Source: Candidatus Dormiibacterota bacterium
GTDB taxonomy: Bacteria; Chloroflexota; Dormibacteria; Aeolococcales; Aeolococcaceae
Length of the DNA stretch: 64,000 bases
NCBI GenBank assembly: GCA_003153505.1
Contig: PLZA01000025.1
Span: 4,513-68,512, forward strand
Direction of reading: 5' to 3'
Shown: piece after piece, positions 53,392 through 63,648 of the stretch
How the letters are laid out: each line of letters begins with the position of its first letter
Numbering within the stretch: position 1 is the first letter of the stretch
The notes under the pieces: generated by a model
Database searches by the model: none
What the model saw: the letters and a program-made list of their open reading frames with translations, nothing else
What the model was told of the DNA's origin: nothing
Position numbers and translations under genes: made by a program

Positions 53392-56019
53392 TCAGCGGGC
53401 CTGGGATGCTCCCGCTGCCAACGCCGCCAGCGCGGGTACCGGTGTCGGCACCGCGACGTTGTGCTCGAGCAGCCGTCGCATCGCGAGCGGCGACAGCGGT
53501 TGTCCGAAGAGGAATCCCTGAGCCAGCTCGCAGCCCAGTTCGTGGAGCTCGTTGAGGCACTCCTCGGTCTCGACGCCCTCGGCGATGACGCTCAGGCCGA
53601 GACCGACTCCGAAATTGAACACAGAATGCGCGAAGCCGATCGACGTCGTGGGCCCGCACAGCGATGCGGTGAACGATCGGTCGATCTTGAGGATATCCAC
53701 CGGGAAGTCACGCAGCCGGCTGAGCGATGAGTGTCCGGTCCCGAAGTCGTCGAGCGCGATGCGCACGCCCAGCTCGCGAAGCTCGTTGAGGCAGCCGATG
53801 ATCGGCTCCGTGTCGTTGATGATGTCAGCTTCGGTCACCTCGACGATCAGTCGGCGCGCGTCGAGTCCCGTTTCCCGGAGCGCGGTGCGCACGGTGTCGA
53901 CGAAGTCCGGCTCGCGAAGCTGGCGGACGGCGACGTTGACGCTCACCGCGACTGGATCGATGCCATCGATCGACGGCCAGTCGCGCGCCTCCTCGCAGGC
54001 GCTGCGCAACACCCATGCTCCGACCTGGGTGATCAGCCCCGTCTCCTCGACGAGGCTGATGAAGTCGTCCGGCAGGACCGTCCCGCGCGTGGGATGCCGC
54101 CAGCGGAGCAGCGCCTCGGCAGCAACCACCGAGCAATTCGAGACGCGCACGATCGGCTGATACACCAGCTCGAATTCGACCGACTCCACCGCGTGGTACA
54201 GGTCGGCCTTGAGCCGGTGCCGGTGCTGCACCGCCGCGTACATCGCCGGCTCGAACAGCTCCCAGCGAGACTTGCCGGAACTCTTGGCGGTGTACAGGGC
54301 GAGGTCGGCGTTCTGGAGCAGCTCCTGACCGTCGCACCCGGTGTCGACGGCCGTCGCGATGCCGATGCTCGCGTGGGTCAGCACCTCCTCGGTGGCGATG
54401 GCGAACGGCTCGCGGAGTGCCTCGATGACCCGCTCCGCGATACGCACGGCAGTCGGCGCGCCGTCGATGCCGATGAGCAGCACGGCGAATTCGTCGCCGC
54501 CCAAACGCGCGGCCACATCGCCGGGACGCAGGCATTGCCCGATGCGGTCGGCGATCGCGCGCAGCAGCTCGTCGCCCGCGGCGTGGCCGAGGCTGTCGTT
54601 GACGGTCTTGAAGTCGTCGATGTCGATGAAGAGCACGCCCACGTGCTGTCCGGACTGCGCGAGGGCCTGGTCGACGCGAGAGCCGAAGAGCAATCGGTTC
54701 GCCATGCCGGTCAACGGATCGTGCGACGCCTCGTGACGCAGCTGGTCCTGGAGCACGGTGAGCTGCGACAGCGAGTGCTGCAGCCGTCCGCGTTCGAGGA
54801 TGACGCCGGTCTGATTGGCGAGCATCTCCAGCAGGCGAAGATCCTCGTCGTCGAAACCGGTGACCTCACCGAGGCGGTTGGCGATGAGCATCGTTCCCAC
54901 CATGTTGTTCTCGCCGCGGAGCACCACGGCCATGGCGTCGCGCAACCCGCGGCTTTCCAGGAACCCGTTGGGGTCACCACCGGTCTTGCCGTGCGCACTC
55001 AGCAGCAAGGGCGAGTCGAGGAGGAGCCGGCTCATGAACTGCAGCTCCGCGTCGTCGAGCGTCACCGGGGTCATGAACTCCGTGGTCTGTTCCTTGTCAA
55101 CCGCGGTGCGTACCACCGCGTCGCGCTCGCGGGTGGGGAGGAACGTGATCTCCGCGCGCTCCGCACGGAAGACCTCGCATGATTTAGTGAGCAGCGCCGC
55201 CACGGCGTCGTCGACGGCCGCGGTGCGTTGCAGGTCCTTGCTCGACTGGTAGAGGAAGTCGACCTGGTCGCGCTTCTCGCGCTCCGCAACATAGAAGCGG
55301 TAGGCGACAAAGACGCCGACGGTGGGAATGGCGAGCAGCCAGATCTCCCCAGGGTTCTCCCACACGAGGCGGACGCCGATCAGCGCGAGACACGTGTTCA
55401 CGATCGTTGCCGCCTGGGTGAACCCAAAGGTCGACGCGATGCCGGCGCGGTCGATGCGTCCCTCGGAGAGCGATATCGCGGCGAGGATCACCAGCGACTG
55501 GAGCACACCGCCGGCGAGGATCGCCCCCAGGACGCCGAGGAAGCTCATCGCGCTCAGCGGGTCGTGATGGTTGACGAGGTGCATGAAGAGCACCGCCACG
55601 ACGCTGTTGGCTACGGTGAAATTGGCGAGGTTGAAGGCCAGCTTCAGCGGTGACTGGCGGCGATGGACTGAGAGCGCCAACGCGGTCCCGGCAACCATCG
55701 AGAGCACCACCACCACCGGCGGTGCGAAGAAGAATCCTGCGACCAGAGGCAGCTCGCTGAGCGAGAAGGAATGCGCGTCGCGCCGGAACTGGAGGTGGAC
55801 CACGAACACCTCGGCCGCGCAGAAGGCCGGGATGAGCACCCACCAGGGGATCTGGCGGGGCGCCGCCAGCTCGTGCAGCGGGCCCACGACCTTGACGAGG
55901 AGGACGACCGCGGTGGCGACGAGCAGCACCGTCAGAAGAAGGACGCGGTGTCCCCTCCGAGCAGAAGCGGCGTGCCCCGGGTCGTCAGCGGACGCGCGGG
56001 CATCGACCTCGCTGGTCAT
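53392..56019 (-). CDS. c-di-GMP signalling protein: N-terminal polytopic membrane sensor (MASE-like) - GAF - GGDEF - EAL
   Basis: GGDEF ...VGVLFIDIDDFKTVNDSLGHAAGDELL...RLGGDEFAVLL. EAL ...ELVYQPIV...E-A-L-L-R..., DDFGTGHSSLSRLRDFPVDILKIDRSF. The start is uncertain between 56019 and 56109. Confidence 0.85.
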   Translation of the reverse strand: MTSEVDARASADDPGHAASARRGHRVLLLTVLLVATAVVLLVKVVGPLHELAAPRQIPWWVLIPAFCAAEVFVVHLQFRRDAHSFSLSELPLVAGFFFAPPVVVVLSMVAGTALALSVHRRQSPLKLAFNLANFTVANSVVAVLFMHLVNHHDPLSAMSFLGVLGAILAGGVLQSLVILAAISLSEGRIDRAGIASTFGFTQAATIVNTCLALIGVRLVWENPGEIWLLAIPTVGVFVAYRFYVAEREKRDQVDFLYQSSKDLQRTAAVDDAVAALLTKSCEVFRAERAEITFLPTRERDAVVRTAVDKEQTTEFMTPVTLDDAELQFMSRLLLDSPLLLSAHGKTGGDPNGFLESRGLRDAMAVVLRGENNMVGTMLIANRLGEVTGFDDEDLRLLEMLANQTGVILERGRLQHSLSQLTVLQDQLRHEASHDPLTGMANRLLFGSRVDQALAQSGQHVGVLFIDIDDFKTVNDSLGHAAGDELLRAIADRIGQCLRPGDVAARLGGDEFAVLLIGIDGAPTAVRIAERVIEALREPFAIATEEVLTHASIGIATAVDTGCDGQELLQNADLALYTAKSSGKSRWELFEPAMYAAVQHRHRLKADLYHAVESVEFELVYQPIVRVSNCSVVAAEALLRWRHPTRGTVLPDDFISLVEETGLITQVGAWVLRSACEEARDWPSIDGIDPVAVSVNVAVRQLREPDFVDTVRTALRETGLDARRLIVEVTEADIINDTEPIIGCLNELRELGVRIALDDFGTGHSSLSRLRDFPVDILKIDRSFTASLCGPTTSIGFAHSVFNFGVGLGLSVIAEGVETEECLNELHELGCELAQGFLFGQPLSPLAMRRLLEHNVAVPTPVPALAALAAGASQAR

Positions 56020-56157
56020 GTGCGCATGCTCCGCGACGTGAGGGGAACCCGAACTCACCGTGCCAGCCCTGTTGCCAAGCGGTAGCAGGGCCATCGGCGG
56101 CGCGCGCATCGTCGTGGCGAGGCGATGGCGAGAACGTGCCGGGCGAAGGTCGCGGAC

Positions 56158-57906
56158 CTAACTCCAGTCGTCTTCGGACCAGCTCGAGCCCGACCAGGAG
56201 GAACCGGACCACGAGCCTCCTGACCACGAGGAGCCGAGCCATTCGGCGCCTGACCACGATGACCCGGACCAGGATGAGCCCGACCACGATGAGCCCGACC
56301 ACGACGATCCCGACCAGGACGAGCCCGACCACGAGGAGCCGGACCACGACGAGCCGTTGAAATCCCCGCCATCCCAGGCAGAGCCATTCGCCTCGGCCGC
56401 GGCGAGTGCCGTGGTGTCGACGTTGTTGCCGAAGATGTCCTGCTCGCCGGTGAGCGCATTGCCGTTCGCGTCGACCACATGCTGCGAACCGCGCGCGGCC
56501 TCGAGGCTGCCGGTGCCGGTCGACGCCTGCCAGTTCTGGGTGGCGTTCGGCGTGGGCGCGGCGAGCACGCCGGCGAGGTTCAGCTCACCGCTGCCCTTGA
56601 GGTCGCTGTAGCCGTACATGGAATGGGTGTGGCCGACGAGGAGCGCCTTCACCTGGTCCGGCGTCAGGCCGGGCCGCTGGCTGAGCAGGAGAGCCGCCGC
56701 GCCCGAGACGACGGCGGCTGCCTGCGACGTGCCGCTCCCGAGGAAGAAGCGATTGCTGACCGTTGCGGTGGCGCCGAATGCATCGTCGACGAAGGATCCC
56801 GGATCCCGCAGTGAGACGATGTGGACGCCAGGAGCTGAGAGGTCGGGGTTGCGCGTGCCGTCGCCCTCGCTTGTAAAGCCCGCGGGCGAGTGGTAGCGGA
56901 CCATCGTGGTGTTGCGGGTGTTGGCCGCACCCACTGCGATGACGTACGGGTCGATCGCCGGGTCGGCGAGGCCGTTGGAGTCATTGCCCTGGTTACCGGC
57001 AGCGACCACCACGACGATGCCGTGCAGCCAGGCCTGCTCCGCTGCATAAGCAAGCGGGTCGAGGACGTAACTCTGGTTGCTGTCGGTGCCGTATGAGAGG
57101 TTGAGCACGCGGATGTTCATGCCGTTGTCTTTCTGGTGCTGTACCACCCAGTCGATGGCGGCGAGCACCTGCGACACGTCGGTCTGGCCGAGCGCATCGG
57201 CGACCTTGATGCTGACGATCTGCGCATCAGGCGCCATGCCCATGAAATGGGTGGTGTCGCTCGAGCTCACCGACGTCGCCTCACTGTCGCGGCCGGCGAT
57301 GATCCCAGCCATGTGGGTGCCATGACCGAAGGTGTCGAGATACTCGAGCGACGGGTTCTGTGATTCGAAGGAGAGGTCGGGCCCGTTGACCACCTTGCCG
57401 GGGGTGGTGAGTCCGTCGACGGGGGCCACGCCGGAGTCGATCAGTGCAACGCCGACGCCCTGGCCGGTGTAGCCCGCGTTCCAGTACGCGTGCGCGCCGT
57501 CCATCTGCTCGACGTTGTACATGGAGTTGACGTCGGTCACCGGGTTGTACGGGTTGCTCGGCGTGCCCCAGCCGGCGCCGAGGAGCTGGACCGGTGCGTT
57601 GAGGGTGACCTGGGCGACGGCGCCCGAAGTCTCGAGTTCCGGGACGGCGTCTGCGGGGACGTCCGCGACGGTCGCGTTGATCAGACTGATGTGCTCCTGG
57701 ACGGTGCCACCGAGCGAGGTGATCTCCTGATCCGCGGCGGCGGTCCCGGCCGGCTGCGCGCGCACGATCACGGACACGAGGTGTGCATCGGCATGCGCTG
57801 TCGTGGCCAGCGCGCCGGCGCTGAGCAGGACGGCCGTGGCGCTCGCGAGCGCGCTGACGGTGCGCCGCTTGCGATCGTCCCAGCTGATGCCGTGGACAGG
57901 AGCCAT
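56158..57906 (-). CDS. secreted S8-family subtilisin-like serine peptidase with a C-terminal (G-S-S-W-S)n Trp-rich pentapeptide-repeat tail
   Basis: Signal peptide ...RRTVSALASATAVLLSAGALATTAHA. Catalytic Asp VALIDSGV, His HGTHMAGIIAG, Ser GTSQAAAVVSGAAALL. Tail NGSSWSGSSWSGSSWSGSSWSGSSWSGSSWSGSSWSGAEWLGSSWSGGSWSGSSWSGSSWSEDDWS*. Confidence 0.85.
   Translation of the reverse strand: MAPVHGISWDDRKRRTVSALASATAVLLSAGALATTAHADAHLVSVIVRAQPAGTAAADQEITSLGGTVQEHISLINATVADVPADAVPELETSGAVAQVTLNAPVQLLGAGWGTPSNPYNPVTDVNSMYNVEQMDGAHAYWNAGYTGQGVGVALIDSGVAPVDGLTTPGKVVNGPDLSFESQNPSLEYLDTFGHGTHMAGIIAGRDSEATSVSSSDTTHFMGMAPDAQIVSIKVADALGQTDVSQVLAAIDWVVQHQKDNGMNIRVLNLSYGTDSNQSYVLDPLAYAAEQAWLHGIVVVVAAGNQGNDSNGLADPAIDPYVIAVGAANTRNTTMVRYHSPAGFTSEGDGTRNPDLSAPGVHIVSLRDPGSFVDDAFGATATVSNRFFLGSGTSQAAAVVSGAAALLLSQRPGLTPDQVKALLVGHTHSMYGYSDLKGSGELNLAGVLAAPTPNATQNWQASTGTGSLEAARGSQHVVDANGNALTGEQDIFGNNVDTTALAAAEANGSAWDGGDFNGSSWSGSSWSGSSWSGSSWSGSSWSGSSWSGSSWSGAEWLGSSWSGGSWSGSSWSGSSWSEDDWS
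56164..56358 (-). repeat. about 13 tandem copies of a 15-nt coding repeat (encodes SSWSG) at the 3' end of the S8 peptidase gene
   Basis: The plus strand shows reiterated gaccacga(g/c)gagcc(c/g) units through 56160-56360. Confidence 0.8.
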
Positions 57907-58115
57907 CCCTGGAAACCCCCCGGTCTCGTGCCTTGCGGCACTGTTTCCCCGCCTCTGATTCGTCTGGCGTGAACGCTAGAACGAGTCGCGTGGTGCGGCT
58001 CCGTCCGCCACCGTTCTGCGACGTCGTGATCGGATCTCGGCCGCGTCAATCGGATGTCGCTCGGGTGCTGCGATGGCGCGGCCGGGCGCCAGAGAGCAAA
58101 TCGCGGGTCCCGGTG

Positions 58116-59513
58116 TCAGGGAGCGGCAGTCGCGTCGACGGCGCGGCGCACGGCATCGACAGACCGCGCCACGTCGGCAGAATCGGTGGACCAATTGCTC
58201 ACTGAGATGCGCAGCACATCCTGGTCACGCCAGCGAGAGCCCGACATCCAGACCGTGCCGTCGGCGATCAGGTGAGCGGTCACCGCGCGGGTGCGCGCGT
58301 CGTCGCCAAAGCGCAGGCATACCTGCGTGTACACGACTTCGTTGACCACCTGTACCCCGTTGATGGCGGCGATCCCCTCCGCCAGCGCCTGAGCATTGCG
58401 GACGAGCCCCTCGACCAGATCGGCGACGCCCGACCGTCCCAGCGATCGGAGCGCCGCCCAAACGGGCACACCACGCGCCCGCCGCGAGAACTCCGGCACC
58501 TTTTCCATGGGGTCGCCCGGGCCGGAGTCATCGGCGATCAGGTAGCTGGCGTGCGCCCCGAACGTGGAGCGCATCGCCACCGGGTCGGCCACGATGGCGA
58601 TGCCGCAGTCATACGGCACGTTGAGCGTCTTGTGCGCGTCGGTGGTCCATGAGTCCGCGCCGGCGAGTCCGGTCGTCAAGTGACGCAGTGACGGTGCTGC
58701 CGCCGCCCAGAGGCCGAACGCACCGTCGATGTGCACCCAGGCCCCGTGCTGGTGCGCCACCTCGATGGCGGCCTCCAGTGGATCGAAGGCACCGGAGTGC
58801 ACGTTGCCGGCCTGTAGGCAGACGATCAGCGGCGTTCCCGAGTCGAAGGCATCCAGCGCCTCGGACAGGGCATCGACCCTGACCCGGCCCTGCTCGTCGG
58901 CCGCAACCGGCTGTGGACTGCCGAGGGCGAGGTAGCGAAGCGCGAGATCGATCGTTTCATGCCGCTCAGCGCCGACGAGCACACGAATTCGCGGCGATTC
59001 GCTCAGCCCGTCGCGGCCGACGTCCCAGCCAGCCCGAGAGAGCACCGCGCCGCGTGCGGCCGCCAGGCAGGTGAAGTTCGCCATCATCGCGCCGGTCACG
59101 AAGCCCACGTCGGCTCCCGCGGGGAGCCCGAGCAGTTCGAGCAGCCAGGCGGCCGCCGCTTCCTCCGCCGCAGCCGTTGCCGGGGTTGCGTACCGCGATG
59201 CCGCGTTCTGATCCCATGCGCTGACGAGCCAGTCCGCCGCGAGTGCCGCCGGCAGAGTTCCGCCGATCACCCAACCGTAGAAGCGGCCCGATTGCATTGC
59301 CATGAGCCCAGGTTCCGCCAGCGTCGCCAGCAGATCGACGACGTCCTCGGGTGGTAACGGCGCTGCGGGGAGCGGACCGCCGAAGCCTGCGAGCAACTCG
59401 CTGGCCGTCGCACGCGGTCCCACCGGGCGCTCCGCAACCGAGTCCAGCCAGGTTCGCGCGTGCTCGGTGGCGCGCGTCAGCGCTCGGTCGTACGAATCGC
59501 CGCGGAATGACAT
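58116..59513 (-). CDS. pyridoxal-phosphate-dependent decarboxylase (group II, aspartate-aminotransferase fold)
   Basis: PLP-Lys motif SWTTDAHKTLNVPYDCG, and ...HIDGAFGLWAAA... Start inferred at MSFRGDSYD. The listed 590-aa ORF carries an N-terminal extension that looks non-coding. Confidence 0.75.
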   Translation of the reverse strand: MSFRGDSYDRALTRATEHARTWLDSVAERPVGPRATASELLAGFGGPLPAAPLPPEDVVDLLATLAEPGLMAMQSGRFYGWVIGGTLPAALAADWLVSAWDQNAASRYATPATAAAEEAAAAWLLELLGLPAGADVGFVTGAMMANFTCLAAARGAVLSRAGWDVGRDGLSESPRIRVLVGAERHETIDLALRYLALGSPQPVAADEQGRVRVDALSEALDAFDSGTPLIVCLQAGNVHSGAFDPLEAAIEVAHQHGAWVHIDGAFGLWAAAAPSLRHLTTGLAGADSWTTDAHKTLNVPYDCGIAIVADPVAMRSTFGAHASYLIADDSGPGDPMEKVPEFSRRARGVPVWAALRSLGRSGVADLVEGLVRNAQALAEGIAAINGVQVVNEVVYTQVCLRFGDDARTRAVTAHLIADGTVWMSGSRWRDQDVLRISVSNWSTDSADVARSVDAVRRAVDATAAP

Positions 59514-59691
59514 TGGCGGTCTCCTGATGCGTGGCCGGGTCGTGTCATCGTCGTCGTTGGCCGGGGGCGAGGTCAAGATTCGTGGCCCGCCCATGAAGCG
59601 TTCCGTGTCCAGCAGACGGCTCGCGTCGCAGACAACGGTCCGCCGCAATGCGGGATATCGACTTGTGATAATGATGATGCGTACTGGCACG

Positions 59692-60084
59692 ATGAGCATG
59701 AGGTCTGCCGTGAACGACGAGAGCCAATTCGACACCCATCTGGACATCCGATTCGCGGGACTCGAGCTCATCGACGTGCAGGCGCTCGTCGATGCCAACA
59801 CGCACCCCTGGTACAACCAAACGCTCTGCCGAGTCAACGATTGTGTGATGCGCCTTGGAGTTGTGCAGGGCGAGTACATCTGGCACAAGCATGACGACGA
59901 GGATGAGTTCTTCTATGTCGTCGAAGGCAGGCTCCTCTTGGATCTCGAGAACCGCACCGTCGAGCTCGCAGAACGGCAGGGGTTCTGCGTGCCGAAAGGG
60001 GTACGTCACCGTCCTCGCGCGCCCGAACGCACCATCATCCTCATGGTCGAAGGCGCCGGCGTGGTTCCGACCGGCGACGCCTGA
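59692..60084 (+). CDS. cupin domain protein
   Basis: ...HPWYNQTLCRVNDCVMRLGVVQGEYIWHKHDDEDEFFYVVEGRLLLDLENRTVELAERQGFCVPKGVRHR... carries cupin motifs 1 and 2. Start among clustered ATGs at 59671-59698. Confidence 0.6.
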   Translation: MSMRSAVNDESQFDTHLDIRFAGLELIDVQALVDANTHPWYNQTLCRVNDCVMRLGVVQGEYIWHKHDDEDEFFYVVEGRLLLDLENRTVELAERQGFCVPKGVRHRPRAPERTIILMVEGAGVVPTGDA

Positions 60085-60216
60085 CGCGTGCGCTGCGGCG
60101 TGCTGCGCAGGTTCGCTGCAGAGCGCATGACCGCGGTGCGCCCCATGCGCGAGTCAGACTTTGAGCTGGAAAGACCTCTGGTTACAACACAACGCGATGC
60201 CGAAGTCCGGCTCCAG

Positions 60217-61944
60217 CTAGACCGCGCGCACGGGTCGATACGCCGGCTCCCACATAGCACTCCGGACTTGATCGATCAGATCGCCGAGGTCGGCACGCGC
60301 GAGCCCTTCGTCGAGCGCTGCGCGGGCCACCGCGACGCCGACGTGCAGTGATACCGCGCGCAGGTCGTCCACTGGTGGCGTGATCGAGGCGCCCGGTTGT
60401 CGCACATCGACCAGCTCGGCCACCGCGCCGGCCGCGGCGGCGAGCATGCCGTCGCTCACCCCGCTCGCTCTCGCCACGATCGCGCCCAGGCCGAGGCCCG
60501 GAAAGACCAGGGCGTTGTTGGCCTGGCCGATCGTATACGTGGTGCCTGCATGGGTGACCGGCGGAAATGGGCCGCCGGTTGCGATCAGCGCGCTTCCATC
60601 GGTCCATTCGATGAGACCGGATGGCACCGCTTCGGAGAGCGACGTGGGGTTCGAGAGCGCGAAGATGACCGGCCGCTCCGCGTGAGCCGCCATCTCTCGG
60701 ATGATCTCCTCCGTAAACGCACCGGGTGAGGCGGAGCACCCGATCAACAGGGTCGGCTGAACCCGGCGCACCACCTCGAGCAGATGGATCCCCCCTTCGT
60801 CGCCTTCCCCGTCCCGACGCCAGGCGCCCACCTCGGCATCTGGACGCGCGTAGGGCACTTGAAAGTCGCGCATCTGGCTGAGCATGTCGGTGGTCAGCAG
60901 GCCACGATGCCCGAGGCACCAGAACCGACTGGTTGCTTCCGAGCGTGAGAGCCCGTCACGCACCATCGCATCGCGAATCAGGTCAGCAATGCCGATGCCG
61001 GCAGTCCCCGCCCCGAAGATGACAACGCGGTGGTCGGCGAGTCGCTGACCGGAAGCCCGCGACGCCGCGATGACACCGCCGAGCACCACCGCACCAGTCC
61101 CCTGCATGTCGTCGTTGAAGGTGCAGAGCTGCGAACGGTAGCGATCAAGGATGCGTCGCGCATTGCTGGCGCCAAAGTCCTCCCAATGCAGGAGCGCGTT
61201 GGGGAATCTGGACATCACCGCCCGCACGCAGGCGTCGATGAAGGCATCGTAGGGCTCGCCGCGCACCCGCGCGTGATGTGCGCCCATGTAGGCCGGGTAG
61301 TCCAGAAGTGCGGCACGATCGGTGCCGACATCGAGCATCAAGGGGATCACGCGCGTCGGGTCGATACCCGCTGCGGCCGTGTACACGTCGAGCTTCCCAA
61401 CCGAGATTGCGATGCCCCCGACACCCCAGTCGCCAATGCCGAGGATTTGCTCGGCGTCAGTGACGACGATCAGATCGATGTCGTCTGGCCCTGCACCGAG
61501 GTTGCGAAAGGCATCGTCGATCGAGTCGGAGCTATCGATGCTCAGGTAGACACCGCGGGGGCGTTGGAATTCCTGGCTATACCGCTGGATCGCCTCCCCG
61601 ACTGTCGGTGTGTAGATGATCGGGAGCATCTCGCCAAGGTGGTCGCAAAGGATCCGGTAGTAGAGCGCTTCGTTGCGATCGTGGAGTCCGCTGAGAAAGA
61701 TGTACTTGGCGAGATCATCCGGCTGGTGTTGGAACTGCATGTACGACCGCGCAGCCTGAAGGCCGATGTCCGTCACCGCTGATGGGAGCAGGCCGGTCAA
61801 CTCCAGATCGCGGCGCTCCGTGAGCGTGAACGCCGACCCCTTGTTGAGGAATGGCGTCTCGAGCACTTCGAAGCCTCGGGCGCGCGTCTCGTAGACGCCG
61901 TCAGCAGCGACCTGGAAGTTGCGCCCTCGGCTGATGCTGGTCAT
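60217..61944 (-). CDS. NAD-dependent malic enzyme
   Basis: 575 aa. ...FNDDMQGTGAVVLGGVIAASRASG...VVIFGAGTAGIGIADLI... plus an N-terminal malic domain. Confidence 0.9.
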   Translation of the reverse strand: MTSISRGRNFQVAADGVYETRARGFEVLETPFLNKGSAFTLTERRDLELTGLLPSAVTDIGLQAARSYMQFQHQPDDLAKYIFLSGLHDRNEALYYRILCDHLGEMLPIIYTPTVGEAIQRYSQEFQRPRGVYLSIDSSDSIDDAFRNLGAGPDDIDLIVVTDAEQILGIGDWGVGGIAISVGKLDVYTAAAGIDPTRVIPLMLDVGTDRAALLDYPAYMGAHHARVRGEPYDAFIDACVRAVMSRFPNALLHWEDFGASNARRILDRYRSQLCTFNDDMQGTGAVVLGGVIAASRASGQRLADHRVVIFGAGTAGIGIADLIRDAMVRDGLSRSEATSRFWCLGHRGLLTTDMLSQMRDFQVPYARPDAEVGAWRRDGEGDEGGIHLLEVVRRVQPTLLIGCSASPGAFTEEIIREMAAHAERPVIFALSNPTSLSEAVPSGLIEWTDGSALIATGGPFPPVTHAGTTYTIGQANNALVFPGLGLGAIVARASGVSDGMLAAAAGAVAELVDVRQPGASITPPVDDLRAVSLHVGVAVARAALDEGLARADLGDLIDQVRSAMWEPAYRPVRAV

Positions 61945-62063
61945 CGACTCCGCTCTATTGTTTCATGGGTCGCAGGAACGCGCGGTTGCCGACCAACCCG
62001 GTCCTGCCTTTCCGAACTGGGTGATGACTCGCCCCGTGACGTCCAGGGTGCGAGCACACAGGC

Positions 62064-62089
62064 ACCGGTCGGCCCGCGGGCCGACCGGT
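62064..62089. terminator. 26-nt perfect GC-rich palindrome ACCGGTCGGCCCG|CGGGCCGACCGGT; hairpin between the convergent-orientation ACT gene 3' end and the malic-enzyme gene 5' region
   Basis: Verified self-complementary. Lies 16-41 nt downstream of the ACT gene stop on the minus strand. No U-tract. Confidence 0.45.
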
Positions 62090-62104
62090 CCTTATGACAG
62101 AGGC

Positions 62105-62503
62105 TTAGCGGGAGGCGACGACGGTCAGATCCTTCCAGGCCGTCTCGAGCGCCGAAAGGTTCTCGCAACCGAGCACCAAACGCGTGTCTGTTGCCAGGTA
62201 CACCGTTGTCAGATTGATGCCGGCGTCAGCAAGGCGACGCGTGACCTTGCCAAGCATGCCGGGAGAATTCTCAACGCGCTCAACGATCACTTCCGTCGTG
62301 CGGATGACCTTGTAGCCGACCTTGGTGATGGCGAGGCTGGTTCCGGACTTGTCCGCAGTCAGCAGGTGGAAGATGACGCTCCCGTTTTCCTCGACGGCGC
62401 AGAGCCCCTCGATATTGATCTTCTCGCGACCCAACTCCTCCGCGAGAGTCGCAAGACTGCCCTTGGTGTGGGGTACGGCGACGGTGAAGTCATAAGCGTG
62501 CAT
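62105..62503 (-). CDS. ACT-domain pair protein (small-molecule-binding regulatory domains)
   Basis: MHAYDFTVAVPHTKGSLATLAEELGREKINIEGLCAV... and ...VENSPGMLGKVTRRLADAGINLTTVYLA.. are two ACT modules. Confidence 0.65.
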   Translation of the reverse strand: MHAYDFTVAVPHTKGSLATLAEELGREKINIEGLCAVEENGSVIFHLLTADKSGTSLAITKVGYKVIRTTEVIVERVENSPGMLGKVTRRLADAGINLTTVYLATDTRLVLGCENLSALETAWKDLTVVASR

Positions 62504-62844
62504 GACTGACCTCCTGTGTCGGGCGCCGAGTATTTCAGCTGGCCCACCACTCACCGTGCGCGTGCTGTCACACGAAATGCAACCGCAGCGAATCGCGCAG
62601 TGTCATCGGACGACGCGCACCGGTCGGAATGTGACATTCGGTCCCGGTGCGCGTGTCACTCGCCTCTGTTGGTGCGAACACTCATGCGTCCATGCTCTCG
62701 GGCAGCCATCCCTGGGGCGAGCGAGCAACAATCACGATTGAAGGGAGCAGATGTACGCAGCGCCTGAGCGTTCTGCCTTGGTCGACAGACCAGCGATGCG
62801 AGTTCGGCAGGAGGCCCGGACCCTGGACTACGATTATCCGACTA

Positions 62845-63629
62845 TGGCTGTTGTCGAACCAACCGCTGGCGAATCGGTGCCATCGCGCCTCTTCTCCGGA
62901 AAGGTGGCCATCGTCACCGGGGGCACCCGCGGCATCGGGGCTGCGATCACCCGGGAGCTGACTCGCCTCGGCGCCCATGTGGCTGCCGGGTACAACCGCG
63001 ACGCCGAGTCCGCGACGGCCCTCCGTGACGAGCTGTCCGCCCAGGGTGGCTCGATCTCCGTCCACCAGGGCAACGTCGGTGCCGCCTCGGACTGCACCCG
63101 CGTGGTCGACGAGGTCTTGAGCAGTTACGGTCAGGTCGACTTTCTTGTCAACAACGCCGGCATCACCCTTGACAAGACCGTCCGGAAGATGAGCCTCGAT
63201 GACTGGCATGCGGTGATGCGGATCAACATCTCGGGCGCTTTCTACATGATGAAGGCGGTTCTGGACCACATGCTCGAGCGTGGCAGCGGACGGATCGTCA
63301 ACCTGAGTTCGGTCATTGGCCAGACAGGAAACATCGGACAGGCGAATTACGCTGCCTCAAAGGCAGCCCTCTATGGACTCACGCAGAGCCTCGCGCTGGA
63401 GACGGCTCGCAAAGGGATCACCGTCAACTGCGTGGCTCCAGGGTTCATCGAAACTGAGATGGTTGCCAAGATCGCGCAGCCGATCCTCGACGGCATCATC
63501 GAGAAGGTGCCGATGCGGCGGCTGGGCCGGCCCGACGAGGTGGCTCGCGTGGTCCGGTTCCTCCTCGAGGACGAGTCGGCATACATCACCGGGGCGATGT
63601 ACGCGGTGAACGGCGGCCTGTTCATGTGA
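62845..63629 (+). CDS. phaB: acetoacetyl-CoA reductase-like SDR (PhaB/FabG clade)
   Basis: GKVAIVTGGTRGIGAAI, NNAGIT, LSSVIGQTGNIGQANYAASKAALYGLT, ...ITGAMYAVNGGLFM. Immediately upstream of a PhaC N-terminus. Start inferred at MAVVEP, with an alternative at 62751. Confidence 0.8.
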
Positions 63630-63648
63630 TCGGCTCGTGAGCAACAAC

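Noticed and set aside
56160-56360. Short regularly spaced 15-nt repeats considered as a possible mini-CRISPR or minisatellite
   Set aside because: The repeats are contiguous with no spacers. They are in frame and encode the SSWSG tail of the S8 peptidase.
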